Shown here: piece by piece, positions 35,238-45,319 of the stretch
How positions within the stretch are numbered: the first letter of the stretch is position 1
How the letters are laid out: the number at the start of each line of letters is the position of its first letter
Source of the DNA: Actinomycetota bacterium
GTDB taxonomy: Bacteria; Actinomycetota; Thermoleophilia; RBG-16-64-13
DNA: 64,000 bases
Direction of reading: 5' to 3'
Assembly: GCA_012729575.1 (NCBI GenBank)
Contig: JAAYCW010000201.1
Span: 981 to 64,980 of the forward strand
Notes under the pieces: model-generated
The model's database searches: none
What the model saw: the letters and a program-made list of their open reading frames with translations, nothing else
Told to the model about the DNA's origin: nothing
Translations under genes and position numbers: made by a program

Positions 35238-35442
35238 CTCACCCTCCTCCTAGATGCGCGCACGGGTCTTTCGACGACAGAGATATCCGCGAGGACCCGA
35301 GTCGCAATCTGCATGACCATAACCCACAGTGTATCTTTTATCATGCCAAACAGTATCATGTCTTCGCTAACCTCGTGAATCTGCGCTGTACCAGACGACA
35401 GATCCTGATCTGATCAGCGCAGGGTATACTTCCGCTTCGATT

Positions 35443-36537
35443 ATGGGCCGTCCAAAGTCATCCATATCCGTGTCCGCCGCTTCTATCCTCGGTGCGGCAC
35501 CAGTTGTCGATGCGCTCTTCTGCGAGGAGACCGCGAGCGGTGGTGTGCGGTGCACTCTGTGCCCGCATCACTGCGTGGTGAGCGAGAACACCGAGGGACT
35601 CTGCAAGGTGCGCGGGGTGCGTGATGGTCGCCTGGTTGCGCTCACCTACGCTCGGCCTGCGACGATCATCAGTGACGAGATCGAGAAGAAACCGCTGTTT
35701 CACTTCCATCCCGGCACCCGCGCACTCTCGCTGGGCGGCTACGGCTGTAATGTGCTCTGTTCGGGGTGCCAGAATTGGCAGATTTCCCACGCAAGCGCGC
35801 GAACCGAGACCACTCGCCTGCCGGTGCTGATGCCGGCCGACGCAGTCGCCATGGCTCAGAAGCACAAGCTTGCGGGAGTAGTCTTCACTTACAACGACCC
35901 GGTGGTGTGGATCGAGTACGTGCATGATGTCTGCGCTGCCTTCAAGGAGGCCGGGCTCTACACGGCGTTCATAACGGCCGCCTATCTGAACGAGGATGCC
36001 TTGGATTATGTCGCGCCTGTGCTCGATGCTTTCAAGTTCGATCTGAAAGCGGCCACCCCCGAATCATGGGCCAACTTGACCAAGGTGAAGGATCCGGAAC
36101 CGGCCTACGCGGCGACCGTGCGCGCCAGAGAGGTACACGGCTGTCACGTGGAAGTCGTTTCCAACATCGTCCCGAGCATCAACGACGACGATGCCAGTCT
36201 GTCGGCCATGGCCTGCTGGGTCCGCGACAACCTCGGTCAGAATACACCGTGGCACGTGACGCGCTTCATCCCGGAATTCGAACTGTCGTATCTTGCCGCC
36301 ACTCCGATCAAGACCCTGGAGCGTGGGGTCCGGCTTGGCAAGGCGGCGGGGCTTAGGTTCGTCTACCTCGGCAATGTTCCCGACCATCCCGGGCGGCATA
36401 CCGTCTGTCCCGGATGTGGTCGGACGGTCATCCGCCGAGACGAGCCGAAGATCGACGGATCGGGAGTGGAGCGGGGGCTCTGTCTGGCCTGTGGCGAAGA
36501 TCTGGGAATCATCTGGGATGCGCGCGGGGTCTCCTGA
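35443..36537 (+). CDS. AmmeMemoRadiSam-system-type radical SAM enzyme (PFL-activase-like)
   Basis: N-terminal Cys-rich segment CTLCPHHCVVSENTEGLCKVRGVRDGRLV. EKKPLFHF motif. Radical SAM CX3CX2C (GCNVLCSGCQNWQIS). Confidence 0.65.
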   Translation: MGRPKSSISVSAASILGAAPVVDALFCEETASGGVRCTLCPHHCVVSENTEGLCKVRGVRDGRLVALTYARPATIISDEIEKKPLFHFHPGTRALSLGGYGCNVLCSGCQNWQISHASARTETTRLPVLMPADAVAMAQKHKLAGVVFTYNDPVVWIEYVHDVCAAFKEAGLYTAFITAAYLNEDALDYVAPVLDAFKFDLKAATPESWANLTKVKDPEPAYAATVRAREVHGCHVEVVSNIVPSINDDDASLSAMACWVRDNLGQNTPWHVTRFIPEFELSYLAATPIKTLERGVRLGKAAGLRFVYLGNVPDHPGRHTVCPGCGRTVIRRDEPKIDGSGVERGLCLACGEDLGIIWDARGVS

Positions 36538-36616
36538 CACGCCCGGCTTGTTTAAGGGCTCCCACATGACGGGTAGCATTTTGACGGAGTGAATGTGCGA
36601 ATGATCATCGGAGTCT

Positions 36617-37111
36617 GTGGAACCAATAGCTGAACAGACTGGCGGTCGGGGCGGGGGTGGGCGTGGGCCCGTATCCCTCGTCATACCATGTAGGGCCGAA
36701 TATGTCGGCCTCTGCCGGCTGGTTGCGGGCGCTATCGGGAACCGCGAATCGCTGGATGAAGAAACCATCGCCGACATGAAGCTGGTGGTGACCGAAGCCT
36801 GTACCTGCTTCGTTGCACACCCGGACGAACAGACTTCTCCTGACGCCGACGGAAGCGTCGGAGAATCACCAAATTCTTTGCGCGTCGACTTCAATGTGAC
36901 CGCGGACTCCTGGACCATCATCATCTCCGACCCGGAACGCCGGTGTCACATAGCGCGACTCGGTCGCTGCGACCCCAAGAGCGAGAATGCCATGGGACTC
37001 ACCATCATAAAGGCCCTTGTCGACCGGATGGAGCAAACGGACAGCGGGGACGAGGGTAGCGTCCTGCGCCTGGTCAAGCGGCTGTCGCCTCGAACAGAGC
37101 CGGCCGACTGA
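36617..37111 (+). CDS. anti-sigma regulatory factor-like protein (RsbW/HATPase_c family, probable pseudo-kinase)
   Basis: Matches the RsbW-like layout (DMKLVVTEACTCFVAH, LRVDFNVTADSWTIIISDPERR, GLTIIKALVDRM). The N-box Asn is replaced in TEACTC, so ATP binding is doubtful. Confidence 0.5.
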   Translation: MEPIAEQTGGRGGGGRGPVSLVIPCRAEYVGLCRLVAGAIGNRESLDEETIADMKLVVTEACTCFVAHPDEQTSPDADGSVGESPNSLRVDFNVTADSWTIIISDPERRCHIARLGRCDPKSENAMGLTIIKALVDRMEQTDSGDEGSVLRLVKRLSPRTEPAD

Positions 37112-37189
37112 GCCTCTGACTAGTAGCGCTGGAGGGGCGGCCTGGGTGCCCCTCCGGTCCGGAAGAGTGCCATGCTACACTGAGACGCC

Positions 37190-39298
37190 ATGAGGCTTGC
37201 CGGTACCCGATGCCGTTTTACCCCGGTGATGGTGGCTACTCTTGCGGCTGTTCTCTGCATAACTCTATCGCTGGCCGCGTTTGTGGCCGTGGCTATGCTC
37301 TGCTTCCCGTCACCCGCGTTCGCATCACCCTCACCACTCTCTTTGATCGTCGATCGCCCGTTAAGCGCTATGGACGAGAGTCTGACTCTGCGCGTGGAGG
37401 GTGAAATGACGAGGTCGCTCGACGGGGACGATTTGGTTCTACACGTAAGAGGCCCCGCCGGGCAGTCACAAGTAGGGCAGTCTGGTCTCCGACTGCCGGA
37501 GGCTGCCAAGATCGTCGCAACCCTTGGCGCGACGGCGGCCACGGGTAGTGATGTAGCTGAGACCGTCGGGGTGGACCTGATCGCCGACCCTGCATCTGGA
37601 ATGTTAAGGGCTGAGATCTCGCTGGCAGACACGATACTGACCGAACCAGGCGCCTATCTGCTGGTTGTACAGCTGGAGTCGTTGGGTGAGGTGTCGGCGA
37701 GTGGACAAACCTGGGTGGGGAAGGCTGAAGTCCGGGACGAGCCGCTTGATCTTGCCTTCATCTGGCCGGTCTCTCTTGGGATCCACCGTGATACGGACGG
37801 ACATTTCTTCGATCGGTGCTTGGACGAAGCTGTAGGGCAGAACGCTGAAGATATTGGGGATCTTGGCGGTCTAGTGGCTCTCTCGAGCCTATTCCCCGAT
37901 TGGGAGTTCTCTCTGGCGCCGGAGCCTGTGCTGCTGACGCAACTCCGTGATATGGCCGATGGTTACGTCAGTGTCTCCGAGTCGGGGGATGAAGAGGAGA
38001 TATCGGCCAACGACCCGCCGGCGCTGTACGCAGCTGAGATACTGGCGGGGTTCGCTGCTCTCCACGGTGACCAGTCGGTAGAGGTGGTGGCCGGACCGTA
38101 CTGTAGCGCCGATCTCAGTGCGCTTGCATCTGAGGGGTGGCGGGATGGTCTGCAGCAGATCCTCATGGGCAAGCAGGAGATCCAACAGACTCTGGGATTG
38201 CAGACACCGCCGAACGGAGCTCGTTCTCCCGATCTGGACCTGACCAGCGATGCCGTCTTCTATTACGCCGAGGCGTCAATCGATCACGTGGTGGTCGACG
38301 CGGGCCTGCGGGACCTGCTGGCAGAGCCGGTCGCAGAAGGTACAGTCGCGGTCAGAGCGCGGAACTCCGCCAATAGTCGAGTGACCTTGGTCTTCGCGGA
38401 TACGGAGTTGAGTCATCACATGAGCTATCCGTGGGACGCGGGCGTCTTCTCGGCCGCATTGGCGGCGAAACTGGCTGCTGGGGAGACAAGTGCCCTGGTC
38501 TTGACTCCCGCTGTCGAATTCGAACTCATCCCGCGGGAGTATCTCGAAAGCATCGGGGAGATCCTCGACGGATCTGCATGGATCCGGACATTGACGCTGT
38601 CGGGACTACTGCGTGCTCACGGCCCGGATACCCGCCCGGTCCTGCTGATGCCCTCGACCGGGAACTCGGGAGGCTATATCGAGGACTCGCTTCTCTCAGC
38701 CGTGAAGGTCGCGCACGCCGCGGTTAGCGACTTGGGTGCCGTCGCCGACACCGTTCACGCTCCCGTGGAGGATGCTCACAGGTTGCTGTATATGGCGCAA
38801 AGCCGTTGGTGGTGGCGGGCTGAGACCAGTCCCCGGGAAGCCAGTATCGGCATGGACTACGCGGAAGAGGCGCGCTCGCTGGCTCAACAGGAGTTGGAGA
38901 AGATACGTCTCTTGGGGGGCGGTTCGAAAACCATCATGGGTGCGGAAGGAACGGTCGACGTGATCCTTCAAAACGGCGCGGAGTACCCGGTGACCGTGGA
39001 GGTAGAGTTAGCGGCACAAGGAATGCACCTACTTCAAGGAAGCTCGGTCGAACTCGAACTTGGACCCGGCCGAACGGAAATACAGGTGCCGCTCGCCGGG
39101 GGGGAAGGTTCACAGAGACTCGAGGTCGCACTCGTGGTCGGCGCCAGCGTCCTCGGGGAAACCGGCTACGATTTGCGCTTTGTCACGATCATGACCGTTC
39201 TGCCGTGGATAGTCGTTGCAGCGTTGGTGCTGGTGGCAGGTTTGGCGCTACTGATATATCGGTCGGTTCGGAAACGAAGAACCCGAAGAGCGGCCTGA
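37190..39298 (+). CDS. large secreted protein with a C-terminal membrane anchor, unknown function
   Basis: N-terminal signal/TM segment (VMVATLAAVLCITLSLAAFVAVAML). About 640-aa extracytoplasmic region. C-terminal TM helix plus a basic tail (VAALVLVAGLALLIYRSVRKRRTRRAA). Confidence 0.45.
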   Translation: MRLAGTRCRFTPVMVATLAAVLCITLSLAAFVAVAMLCFPSPAFASPSPLSLIVDRPLSAMDESLTLRVEGEMTRSLDGDDLVLHVRGPAGQSQVGQSGLRLPEAAKIVATLGATAATGSDVAETVGVDLIADPASGMLRAEISLADTILTEPGAYLLVVQLESLGEVSASGQTWVGKAEVRDEPLDLAFIWPVSLGIHRDTDGHFFDRCLDEAVGQNAEDIGDLGGLVALSSLFPDWEFSLAPEPVLLTQLRDMADGYVSVSESGDEEEISANDPPALYAAEILAGFAALHGDQSVEVVAGPYCSADLSALASEGWRDGLQQILMGKQEIQQTLGLQTPPNGARSPDLDLTSDAVFYYAEASIDHVVVDAGLRDLLAEPVAEGTVAVRARNSANSRVTLVFADTELSHHMSYPWDAGVFSAALAAKLAAGETSALVLTPAVEFELIPREYLESIGEILDGSAWIRTLTLSGLLRAHGPDTRPVLLMPSTGNSGGYIEDSLLSAVKVAHAAVSDLGAVADTVHAPVEDAHRLLYMAQSRWWWRAETSPREASIGMDYAEEARSLAQQELEKIRLLGGGSKTIMGAEGTVDVILQNGAEYPVTVEVELAAQGMHLLQGSSVELELGPGRTEIQVPLAGGEGSQRLEVALVVGASVLGETGYDLRFVTIMTVLPWIVVAALVLVAGLALLIYRSVRKRRTRRAA

Positions 39299-39300
39299 CG

Positions 39301-40593
39301 TCAAGCGCTCTTTCTCTCGTCTATCGGCACGTAGTCGCGGGCGAGACCCCCTGTGTAGATCTGGCGAGGACGATACAGTGTGGCTCCGCCCTCGTTGACC
39401 TCTCTCCAATTGGCGATCCAACCCGGCAGGCGCCCCATGGCGAAGATCACGGTGAACATATTCACCGGGATACCCATAGCTCGTAGAATCACGCCCGAGT
39501 AGAAGTCCACATTGGGGTACAGGCGGCGCTCGACGAAATAAGGGTCGTTTAGGGCCACGTCCTCCAGGCGCTTGGCGATTTCAAGCAGCGGGTCGCGCTC
39601 CCTCATCTTGCCCAGCAGGTTATCGGCCAACTCCTTCATGATGCTGGCGCGAGGATCGTAGTTCTTGTACACGCGGTGGCCAAAACCCATGAGGCGAAGA
39701 GTTGAGTTCTTGTCCTTGACCTGCCGGATATAGTCATTCAGATCGACGTTATCGTCGTGGAGGTGCTGGAGCATCTCCACGACCGCCACATTGGCGCCTC
39801 CGTGTAGCGGTCCCCACAGCGCGCACACTCCGGCGGCGCAACTGGCGAACATATTGGCCCCCGAAGAGGCCACCATCCGCACGGTGCTCGACGAGCAGTT
39901 CTGCTCGTGGTCGGCATGTAGGATGAGGATCAGCTGTAGTGCCGCCACCGTGTCGGGATCGGGCTCATAATCGCGGAAAGGTATCGAGAACATCATGTGG
40001 AGAAAGTTGCTGCAGTAGTCCAGGTGCGGCTTGGGATAGACGATGGGCAGGCCGATGGACGCCTTGTAGCTGGCCGCCGCAATGGTTCGGATCTTGCTGA
40101 TCAGCCGGGCCGCGGCTATCTGGAAGGTGGCGGGGCTTTCCATCTCGATTAGGCTGGGCTCGTAGCAGCTCATAGCGTTGATCATCGCCGAGAGGATCGC
40201 CATGGGATGACCGGTCGACGGGAAACCATCGAAGTGCTTGTAAAGCCCTTCGTGGATCATCTCGTACTTGGTGAACAGGCCGCTCCAGCATCTCAATTGT
40301 TCCCGGGTGGGCAATTCACCGTAGATGAGCAGCCAACAGGTCTCGACGAAGGTGCTCTTTCGCGCCAGTTGCTCGATGGGTATCCCTCGGTAGCGAAGGA
40401 TTCCCTGGTCGCCGTCAATGAAAGTGATCGCTGAGCGGCAGGACCCGGTGTTGTAGTATCCCTCGTCCAAGGTAATGAATCCGGTAGTCTCTCTCAACTT
40501 CGTTACGTTGATGGCCCGATCACCCTCCGCTCCGTCGACGACCGGAAGGTGATAGGTGTCGCCACCGACTGAGAGGGTGGCCTGCTCTAACAT
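39301..40593 (-). CDS. gltA: citrate synthase
   Basis: Citrate synthase signature GFGHRVYKNYDPRA and catalytic-His context LHGGANV. Start at MLEQATLSVGGDTYHLPVV (430 aa) chosen over the longer ORF. Confidence 0.9.
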   Translation of the reverse strand: MLEQATLSVGGDTYHLPVVDGAEGDRAINVTKLRETTGFITLDEGYYNTGSCRSAITFIDGDQGILRYRGIPIEQLARKSTFVETCWLLIYGELPTREQLRCWSGLFTKYEMIHEGLYKHFDGFPSTGHPMAILSAMINAMSCYEPSLIEMESPATFQIAAARLISKIRTIAAASYKASIGLPIVYPKPHLDYCSNFLHMMFSIPFRDYEPDPDTVAALQLILILHADHEQNCSSSTVRMVASSGANMFASCAAGVCALWGPLHGGANVAVVEMLQHLHDDNVDLNDYIRQVKDKNSTLRLMGFGHRVYKNYDPRASIMKELADNLLGKMRERDPLLEIAKRLEDVALNDPYFVERRLYPNVDFYSGVILRAMGIPVNMFTVIFAMGRLPGWIANWREVNEGGATLYRPRQIYTGGLARDYVPIDERKSA

Positions 40594-40749
40594 GTGCGTC
40601 GCCCTTTCTGCTCCGGACACTGCTGTGGCCCATGCTTGGACGCGGTTTGCATTCAGATCCTTGTCGACAGCGCGACCCGCTCTGGGCATCTCACTTGACA
40701 GTCTACCGCTCTCGCCGTTCGACGCTCGGATGGTAAACTCCCCGGTGAC

Positions 40750-41928
40750 ATGGAATCTTGGCACGGCCACTTACTGAAAGAACGAGTCGATCAGAGCAGT
40801 CTGCTGATCCAGGGCAATCGTGCCTGCGTGTTGGGCGCCCTTGACGCCGGAGTCCGGTTCTACGCGGGGTATCCGATAACTCCCAGTTCGGAGATCATGG
40901 AAGCCATGGCCGTCGAACTGCCGCGGATCGGGGGCGTTTTCGTACAGATGGAGGATGAGATCGCCTCCATATGTGCGTGCATCGGCGCCTCTCTCACCGG
41001 CGAGGTCGCGATGACCGCCACCTCCGGCCCGGGTTTCTCTCTGATGCAGGAGGCTCTCGGGTACGCGATCATGGTGCAGGCTCCGCTGGTTGTTGTTGAC
41101 GTTATGCGGTCGGGGCCTTCTACCGGCCGGCCCACCGCTCCCTCGCAGGCCGACGTGATGCAGGCGCGTTGGGGTACGCACGGCGATCATCCGGCCATCG
41201 TGCTTGCAGCATCGAATGTGGCGGATATGTACCGGCTCACAATGGCCGCGGTTCGTTTCGCCCTACGATTCCGGACGCCTGTAACGCTGTTGGCCGACCA
41301 GGTAGTCGGCCAGATGCGCGAGAGTTTTTCGGAGGAGCTTCTTGGTCGCTACCGTCTGACCAGCGGTGATTTCGATTTCACGCCTGGGTACCTTCATCCT
41401 GATCTGGCCCGAGAGGTACATCTGCCGCACGTTCTGGGTTCTGGAGAGTATCCGCACGTGACCGGGCTGTTTCACGACGAGACCGGGTTCCCAACGAATG
41501 ATCCGGAGAAGACCGACAAGTTCTTGCGTGAGCTTTACAACAAGGTAGCTCACCACCGAGACGAGCTCTGCCTCTACGATGTCAAGAACGAGGGCAGGGG
41601 TCGGGTGTGTATCGTGGCCTACGGTTCCTGCGCTCGGAGCGCTCGGGCGGCATGGAGGCTGGCCGATCAGGAAGGGTTGTCGGTCGAGGTTCTCCACCTG
41701 TACACGTTGTTCCCGTTGCCTGTGGAGATCGTTCAGAAGGTCGCTCGACGGGTGGAATTTATGATCATCCCCGAACTCAACCTGGGCCAGTACGCTCACG
41801 AGGTCCGCAAGATGGCCGAGCAGTGGACCACGGTCATCGGCATTGGCAAGACCGACGGCACTCTCATCACCCCACGCGAGATCCTCGATCGGATTGCCGA
41901 GCTGGTCGGTAAGTACGAAAGCGTGTAA
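40750..41928 (+). CDS. korA: 2-oxoacid:ferredoxin oxidoreductase alpha subunit
   Basis: OFOR alpha N-terminus LIQGNRACVLGALDAGVRFYAGYPITPSSEI. 392 aa. Confidence 0.85.
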   Translation: MESWHGHLLKERVDQSSLLIQGNRACVLGALDAGVRFYAGYPITPSSEIMEAMAVELPRIGGVFVQMEDEIASICACIGASLTGEVAMTATSGPGFSLMQEALGYAIMVQAPLVVVDVMRSGPSTGRPTAPSQADVMQARWGTHGDHPAIVLAASNVADMYRLTMAAVRFALRFRTPVTLLADQVVGQMRESFSEELLGRYRLTSGDFDFTPGYLHPDLAREVHLPHVLGSGEYPHVTGLFHDETGFPTNDPEKTDKFLRELYNKVAHHRDELCLYDVKNEGRGRVCIVAYGSCARSARAAWRLADQEGLSVEVLHLYTLFPLPVEIVQKVARRVEFMIIPELNLGQYAHEVRKMAEQWTTVIGIGKTDGTLITPREILDRIAELVGKYESV

Positions 41929-41931
41929 TCG

Positions 41932-42786
41932 ATGGCGCTTGAGATAGAACAGTTCCTTCGGACAGATCGGTTGCCCCATATCTGGTGTCCGGGATGCGGG
42001 TTGGGCATTATCACCGGCGCCTTTTTGCGGGCGATCCTGGATCTGGGTCTCACTCGGGAGAACACTGTGGTGGTGAGTGGGATCGGCTGCTCGAGCCGAG
42101 CGGCCGGTTATCTGAATCTGAACACGGTACACACCATCCACGGCCGGGCGCTTCCGGTTGCCACCGGCATCAAGATGGCCCGTCCTGACTTCACTGTGAT
42201 TGTGCTGACCGGTGACGGCGATGGCGCAGCCATCGGGGGTAACCATCTGATTCACTCCTGCCGGCGCAACATCGATCTCACCTGCATCCTCTTCAACAAC
42301 CAGATCTACGGCATGACCGGCGGCCAGTTCTCGCCGACCATGGATCCGGGGGGTAACGCGACGACCGCTCCCTATGGCCAACTGGAGCCTTCGTTCGACT
42401 TGTGCCGTTTGGCTGAAGCGGCGGGCGCCACTTTCGTGGCGCGAGGCACCGCGGCCGGCGTTCGCCAGATTGAGAAGATCATCAAGCAGGGCGTCCAACA
42501 TCCGGGATTCGCCTTCATCGAGGCCGTGGTTCCTTGTCCCACTGAATATGGGAGACGCAACAAACCGGCGAAAGCCGTGGACATGCTCGAAGAGGAACGG
42601 AAACGGTCGATATCTGTGAGTAAGGCGGCCAAGTTGTCGCCCGAGGAACTCGAGGGCAAGATCGTGACCGGAGTGCTCTTCCAGGATGTCGAGAGGCGTG
42701 AGTTCCAGAGCACTTACGCAGAGACCGTGGCTCGCGTGAAAGACGCCGAACTGGCGCGACGGTTGGCGGAAGGGGCCGGAGAATGA
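41932..42786 (+). CDS. korB: 2-oxoacid:ferredoxin oxidoreductase beta subunit (TPP-binding)
   Basis: WCPGCG near the N-terminus. TPP motif GDGDGAAIGGNHLIH. Confidence 0.85.
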   Translation: MALEIEQFLRTDRLPHIWCPGCGLGIITGAFLRAILDLGLTRENTVVVSGIGCSSRAAGYLNLNTVHTIHGRALPVATGIKMARPDFTVIVLTGDGDGAAIGGNHLIHSCRRNIDLTCILFNNQIYGMTGGQFSPTMDPGGNATTAPYGQLEPSFDLCRLAEAAGATFVARGTAAGVRQIEKIIKQGVQHPGFAFIEAVVPCPTEYGRRNKPAKAVDMLEEERKRSISVSKAAKLSPEELEGKIVTGVLFQDVERREFQSTYAETVARVKDAELARRLAEGAGE

Positions 42787-43463
42787 GCATGGTGGACGGA
42801 ACAACACCATCTCCGATCGGGTCTGATCAAGCCCCCACAAGTACCCCTTCATCTGCTCAATGGGAAGGGTTGCTGTTCGGCCGGGAGTATGTGGAGGTTC
42901 GGTTCGGCGGCAGCGGTGGTCAGGGAGTGATACTCATGGGTGTGATCCTGGCGACGGCAGCCACGCTCGACCATCATCGCGTTGTGCAGACGGAATCGTA
43001 TGGACCTGAAGCCCGGGGAGGATATAGCCGCAGCGACGTGATCATCTCCAGTGAACCAGTGGACTACCCTGAACTGGAAAGGGCCCATCTCTTGGTGGCT
43101 CTCTCCCAGTTGGCAGCGTCGCAGTACATCGGCACTCTGCGCAATGACGGTATCTTCATATACGATTTAGAGAAAGTCGTTGAGCCCCCGGTCTTCAAGG
43201 GGATCACTTTCGCTATCCCCTTCACCGAGATGGCCCTAGAGGAGACCGGTAGGACGCAGACGACGAACATCCTGGCACTGGGAGCGGTGACGAGTATCAC
43301 CGGACTCGTATCTGTGGAGTCACTGCGGAAAGCGGTGACGGGCAGAGTACCGGCCGGCACTGAGGAGATCAACAACCGAGCGCTGATCCGGGGCCTGGGT
43401 ATCGACCCTGCGGAGTGGCAGAACGGCGGCGCCAGGGCCTACGGCTTGCCGGTAGATCGGTAG
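42783..43463 (+). CDS. 2-oxoacid:ferredoxin oxidoreductase gamma subunit
   Basis: POR/KOR gamma-family sequence (GSGGQGVILMGVILATAA). 4-bp overlap with korB. Confidence 0.75.
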   Translation: MSMVDGTTPSPIGSDQAPTSTPSSAQWEGLLFGREYVEVRFGGSGGQGVILMGVILATAATLDHHRVVQTESYGPEARGGYSRSDVIISSEPVDYPELERAHLLVALSQLAASQYIGTLRNDGIFIYDLEKVVEPPVFKGITFAIPFTEMALEETGRTQTTNILALGAVTSITGLVSVESLRKAVTGRVPAGTEEINNRALIRGLGIDPAEWQNGGARAYGLPVDR

Positions 43464-43472
43464 GGTATACGT

Positions 43473-45311
43473 ATGCTTGTAGCCGGCATCGATGTTGGGG
43501 CTAAGAACGTCCACGCAGTCCTGATCAAGGACGGGGATGTAGTTGCCAGAGCGGAGGTCGCCTCCGGTTTTGACCACGACGAGTCGGCGGAGCGAGGCTT
43601 GCGGGAGGCGGTCCGACTTGCCGGCGTCACGTGGGAAGACATCGATTCGGTGGCCGTCACCGGCGCTGGTCGCAAAGCGCTTGCCTATGCCGCAGAAAAG
43701 CCTACTGAGATAGCAGCTGATGCACGGGGAGCCTTCGCTCTCTTTCCAGAGGCTCGTACTGTCGTCGATGTGGGGGCTGATGAAGCGAGGGCCATCCGAT
43801 TGGAGCCCGGCGGCAAGGTGGTCGATTTTGCGGTCAACGAGAAATGTGCAGCGGGAGCGGGCGCTTTTGTGGAGGCCATGAGCCGGGCGACCGAGATGTC
43901 GCTGGAGGATTTTGCCGAGGCGTCCCTCCACTCCACCGAGACCATACCTATGAACGCCCAGTGTACGGTGTTCGCGGAGTCGGAGGTGGTGAGTCTCATC
44001 CATGCGAACACGCCCTCGACGAACATCGCGCGGGCTGTTCATGATGCCATGGCCAGCCGAGTGTCAGCCATGGTCCGGCGCATCGGCGTAGAAGATCCAG
44101 TAGTCCTAGGTGGTGGGACAGCTCTCAACGTGGGATTCGTCAACTCCCTGTCGGAGGCTCTTGGCGGAGTGCATATTCACGTACTGCCGGATCCGGGCTT
44201 CCTTGGGGCCCTTGGGGCTGGGCTCATCGCTTGGGAATCGGCACAAAATCCAGAGCGTTCTCAGCCCGACCGACCCCCGAGGCCACAAAGCTCACAACGC
44301 GGCACTGCTACCGCAAGAGACGGGGCGGTTCTCGCAGACGGACTCGTTGAAAGAGAAACGGCTGGAGAGAGAGACTTCTGGCGATGGAGCGAGAGGTCTT
44401 GGTTCGATGGCGATTTGGACCCGCAAGAAATATCGGTCTTGACCGTAGGAGTGGATGTGGGGTCGGTCAGCTCCCAGGCCGTCATCCTCGGGGATGGGAG
44501 ACTGCTTTCGTACTTCTCCACTCGTACCGGCTCGTCCAGCCCGGATAGCGCCGTGAAGGCGTTCCGGGGGGCGAGCGAACCCTTAGGGATCACTCTGGAC
44601 GATGTGAGCTATGCGGTTGGTACCGGATACGGGCGTGTCAACGTGCCTTTCGCGGATCGCACCCTCACGGAGATAGCGTGCCATGCCCGCGGAGCCAATT
44701 TCATGGCCGGTCCCAGTGTCCGTACCATACTTGACATGGGAGGGCAGGACTGCAAGGTGATCCGCTGTGATGAGCGGGGCAAGGTGCTCAACTTCATCAT
44801 GAACGACAAGTGTGCAGCGGGGACCGGCAGAGGTATGGAGGTCATCGCCGATGTTCTGGGAGTCCCTGTAGAGGATATTGGGCGCCGCTCTTTCGAGACA
44901 GACGAAGAACCACCCCCGGTCAGCAATGTGTGTGTAGTGTTCGCGAAATCAGAAGCTACTTCCCTGCTCAGGGCGGGGTGGAGCGTGAATCGTGTGCTCG
45001 CAGCTTATTGCGCCGCCATGGCGCAGCGCGTGGCCGGGCTTATAGAGCGTATGCAGGTGGAGCGAGAGTTCTTCATCACGGGTGGGATCGCCAAGAATAT
45101 CGGAGTGACCCGTCGTATAGAACGGTTGATCGGTGTGGAAGCCCTGAAGCTCCCAGAGGATTCGATGCTCGACCCGCAGATGGCGGGAGCCTTGGGTGCG
45201 GCGCTTTTCGCTCATTCGCTGTCTCGCAAAGCAGAGAGAGAAAGAAGTACCGGCGTAGCGGCGCCCCGTAAGGCGACGGCTGCTGACGCCAAGGTGACTC
45301 CAGCTGAGTAG
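43473..45311 (+). CDS. tandem-domain BadF/BadG/BcrA/BcrD(HgdC)-type ATPase (CoA-substrate-specific enzyme activase family)
   Basis: Two ASKHA/activase domains, each carrying the NEKCAAGAG / NDKCAAGTGRGMEV Cys motif. N-terminal GIDVGAKNVHAV and second-domain VGVDVGSVSSQAV phosphate-1 loops. Confidence 0.75.
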   Translation: MLVAGIDVGAKNVHAVLIKDGDVVARAEVASGFDHDESAERGLREAVRLAGVTWEDIDSVAVTGAGRKALAYAAEKPTEIAADARGAFALFPEARTVVDVGADEARAIRLEPGGKVVDFAVNEKCAAGAGAFVEAMSRATEMSLEDFAEASLHSTETIPMNAQCTVFAESEVVSLIHANTPSTNIARAVHDAMASRVSAMVRRIGVEDPVVLGGGTALNVGFVNSLSEALGGVHIHVLPDPGFLGALGAGLIAWESAQNPERSQPDRPPRPQSSQRGTATARDGAVLADGLVERETAGERDFWRWSERSWFDGDLDPQEISVLTVGVDVGSVSSQAVILGDGRLLSYFSTRTGSSSPDSAVKAFRGASEPLGITLDDVSYAVGTGYGRVNVPFADRTLTEIACHARGANFMAGPSVRTILDMGGQDCKVIRCDERGKVLNFIMNDKCAAGTGRGMEVIADVLGVPVEDIGRRSFETDEEPPPVSNVCVVFAKSEATSLLRAGWSVNRVLAAYCAAMAQRVAGLIERMQVEREFFITGGIAKNIGVTRRIERLIGVEALKLPEDSMLDPQMAGALGAALFAHSLSRKAERERSTGVAAPRKATAADAKVTPAE

Positions 45312-45319
45312 TAGGCCCG

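Noticed and set aside
35238-35442. Low-GC patch with a CTGATCAG palindrome between the ABC transporter and the radical SAM gene
   Set aside because: This is probably just the divergent AT-rich promoter region. The palindrome is only 8 bp and is expected by chance.
39301-40770. Full 489-aa reading frame for citrate synthase
   Set aside because: The 59-aa N-terminal extension has no similarity to citrate synthase N-termini and would overlap the korA start region. The ATG at 40593 gives a canonical 430-aa enzyme.
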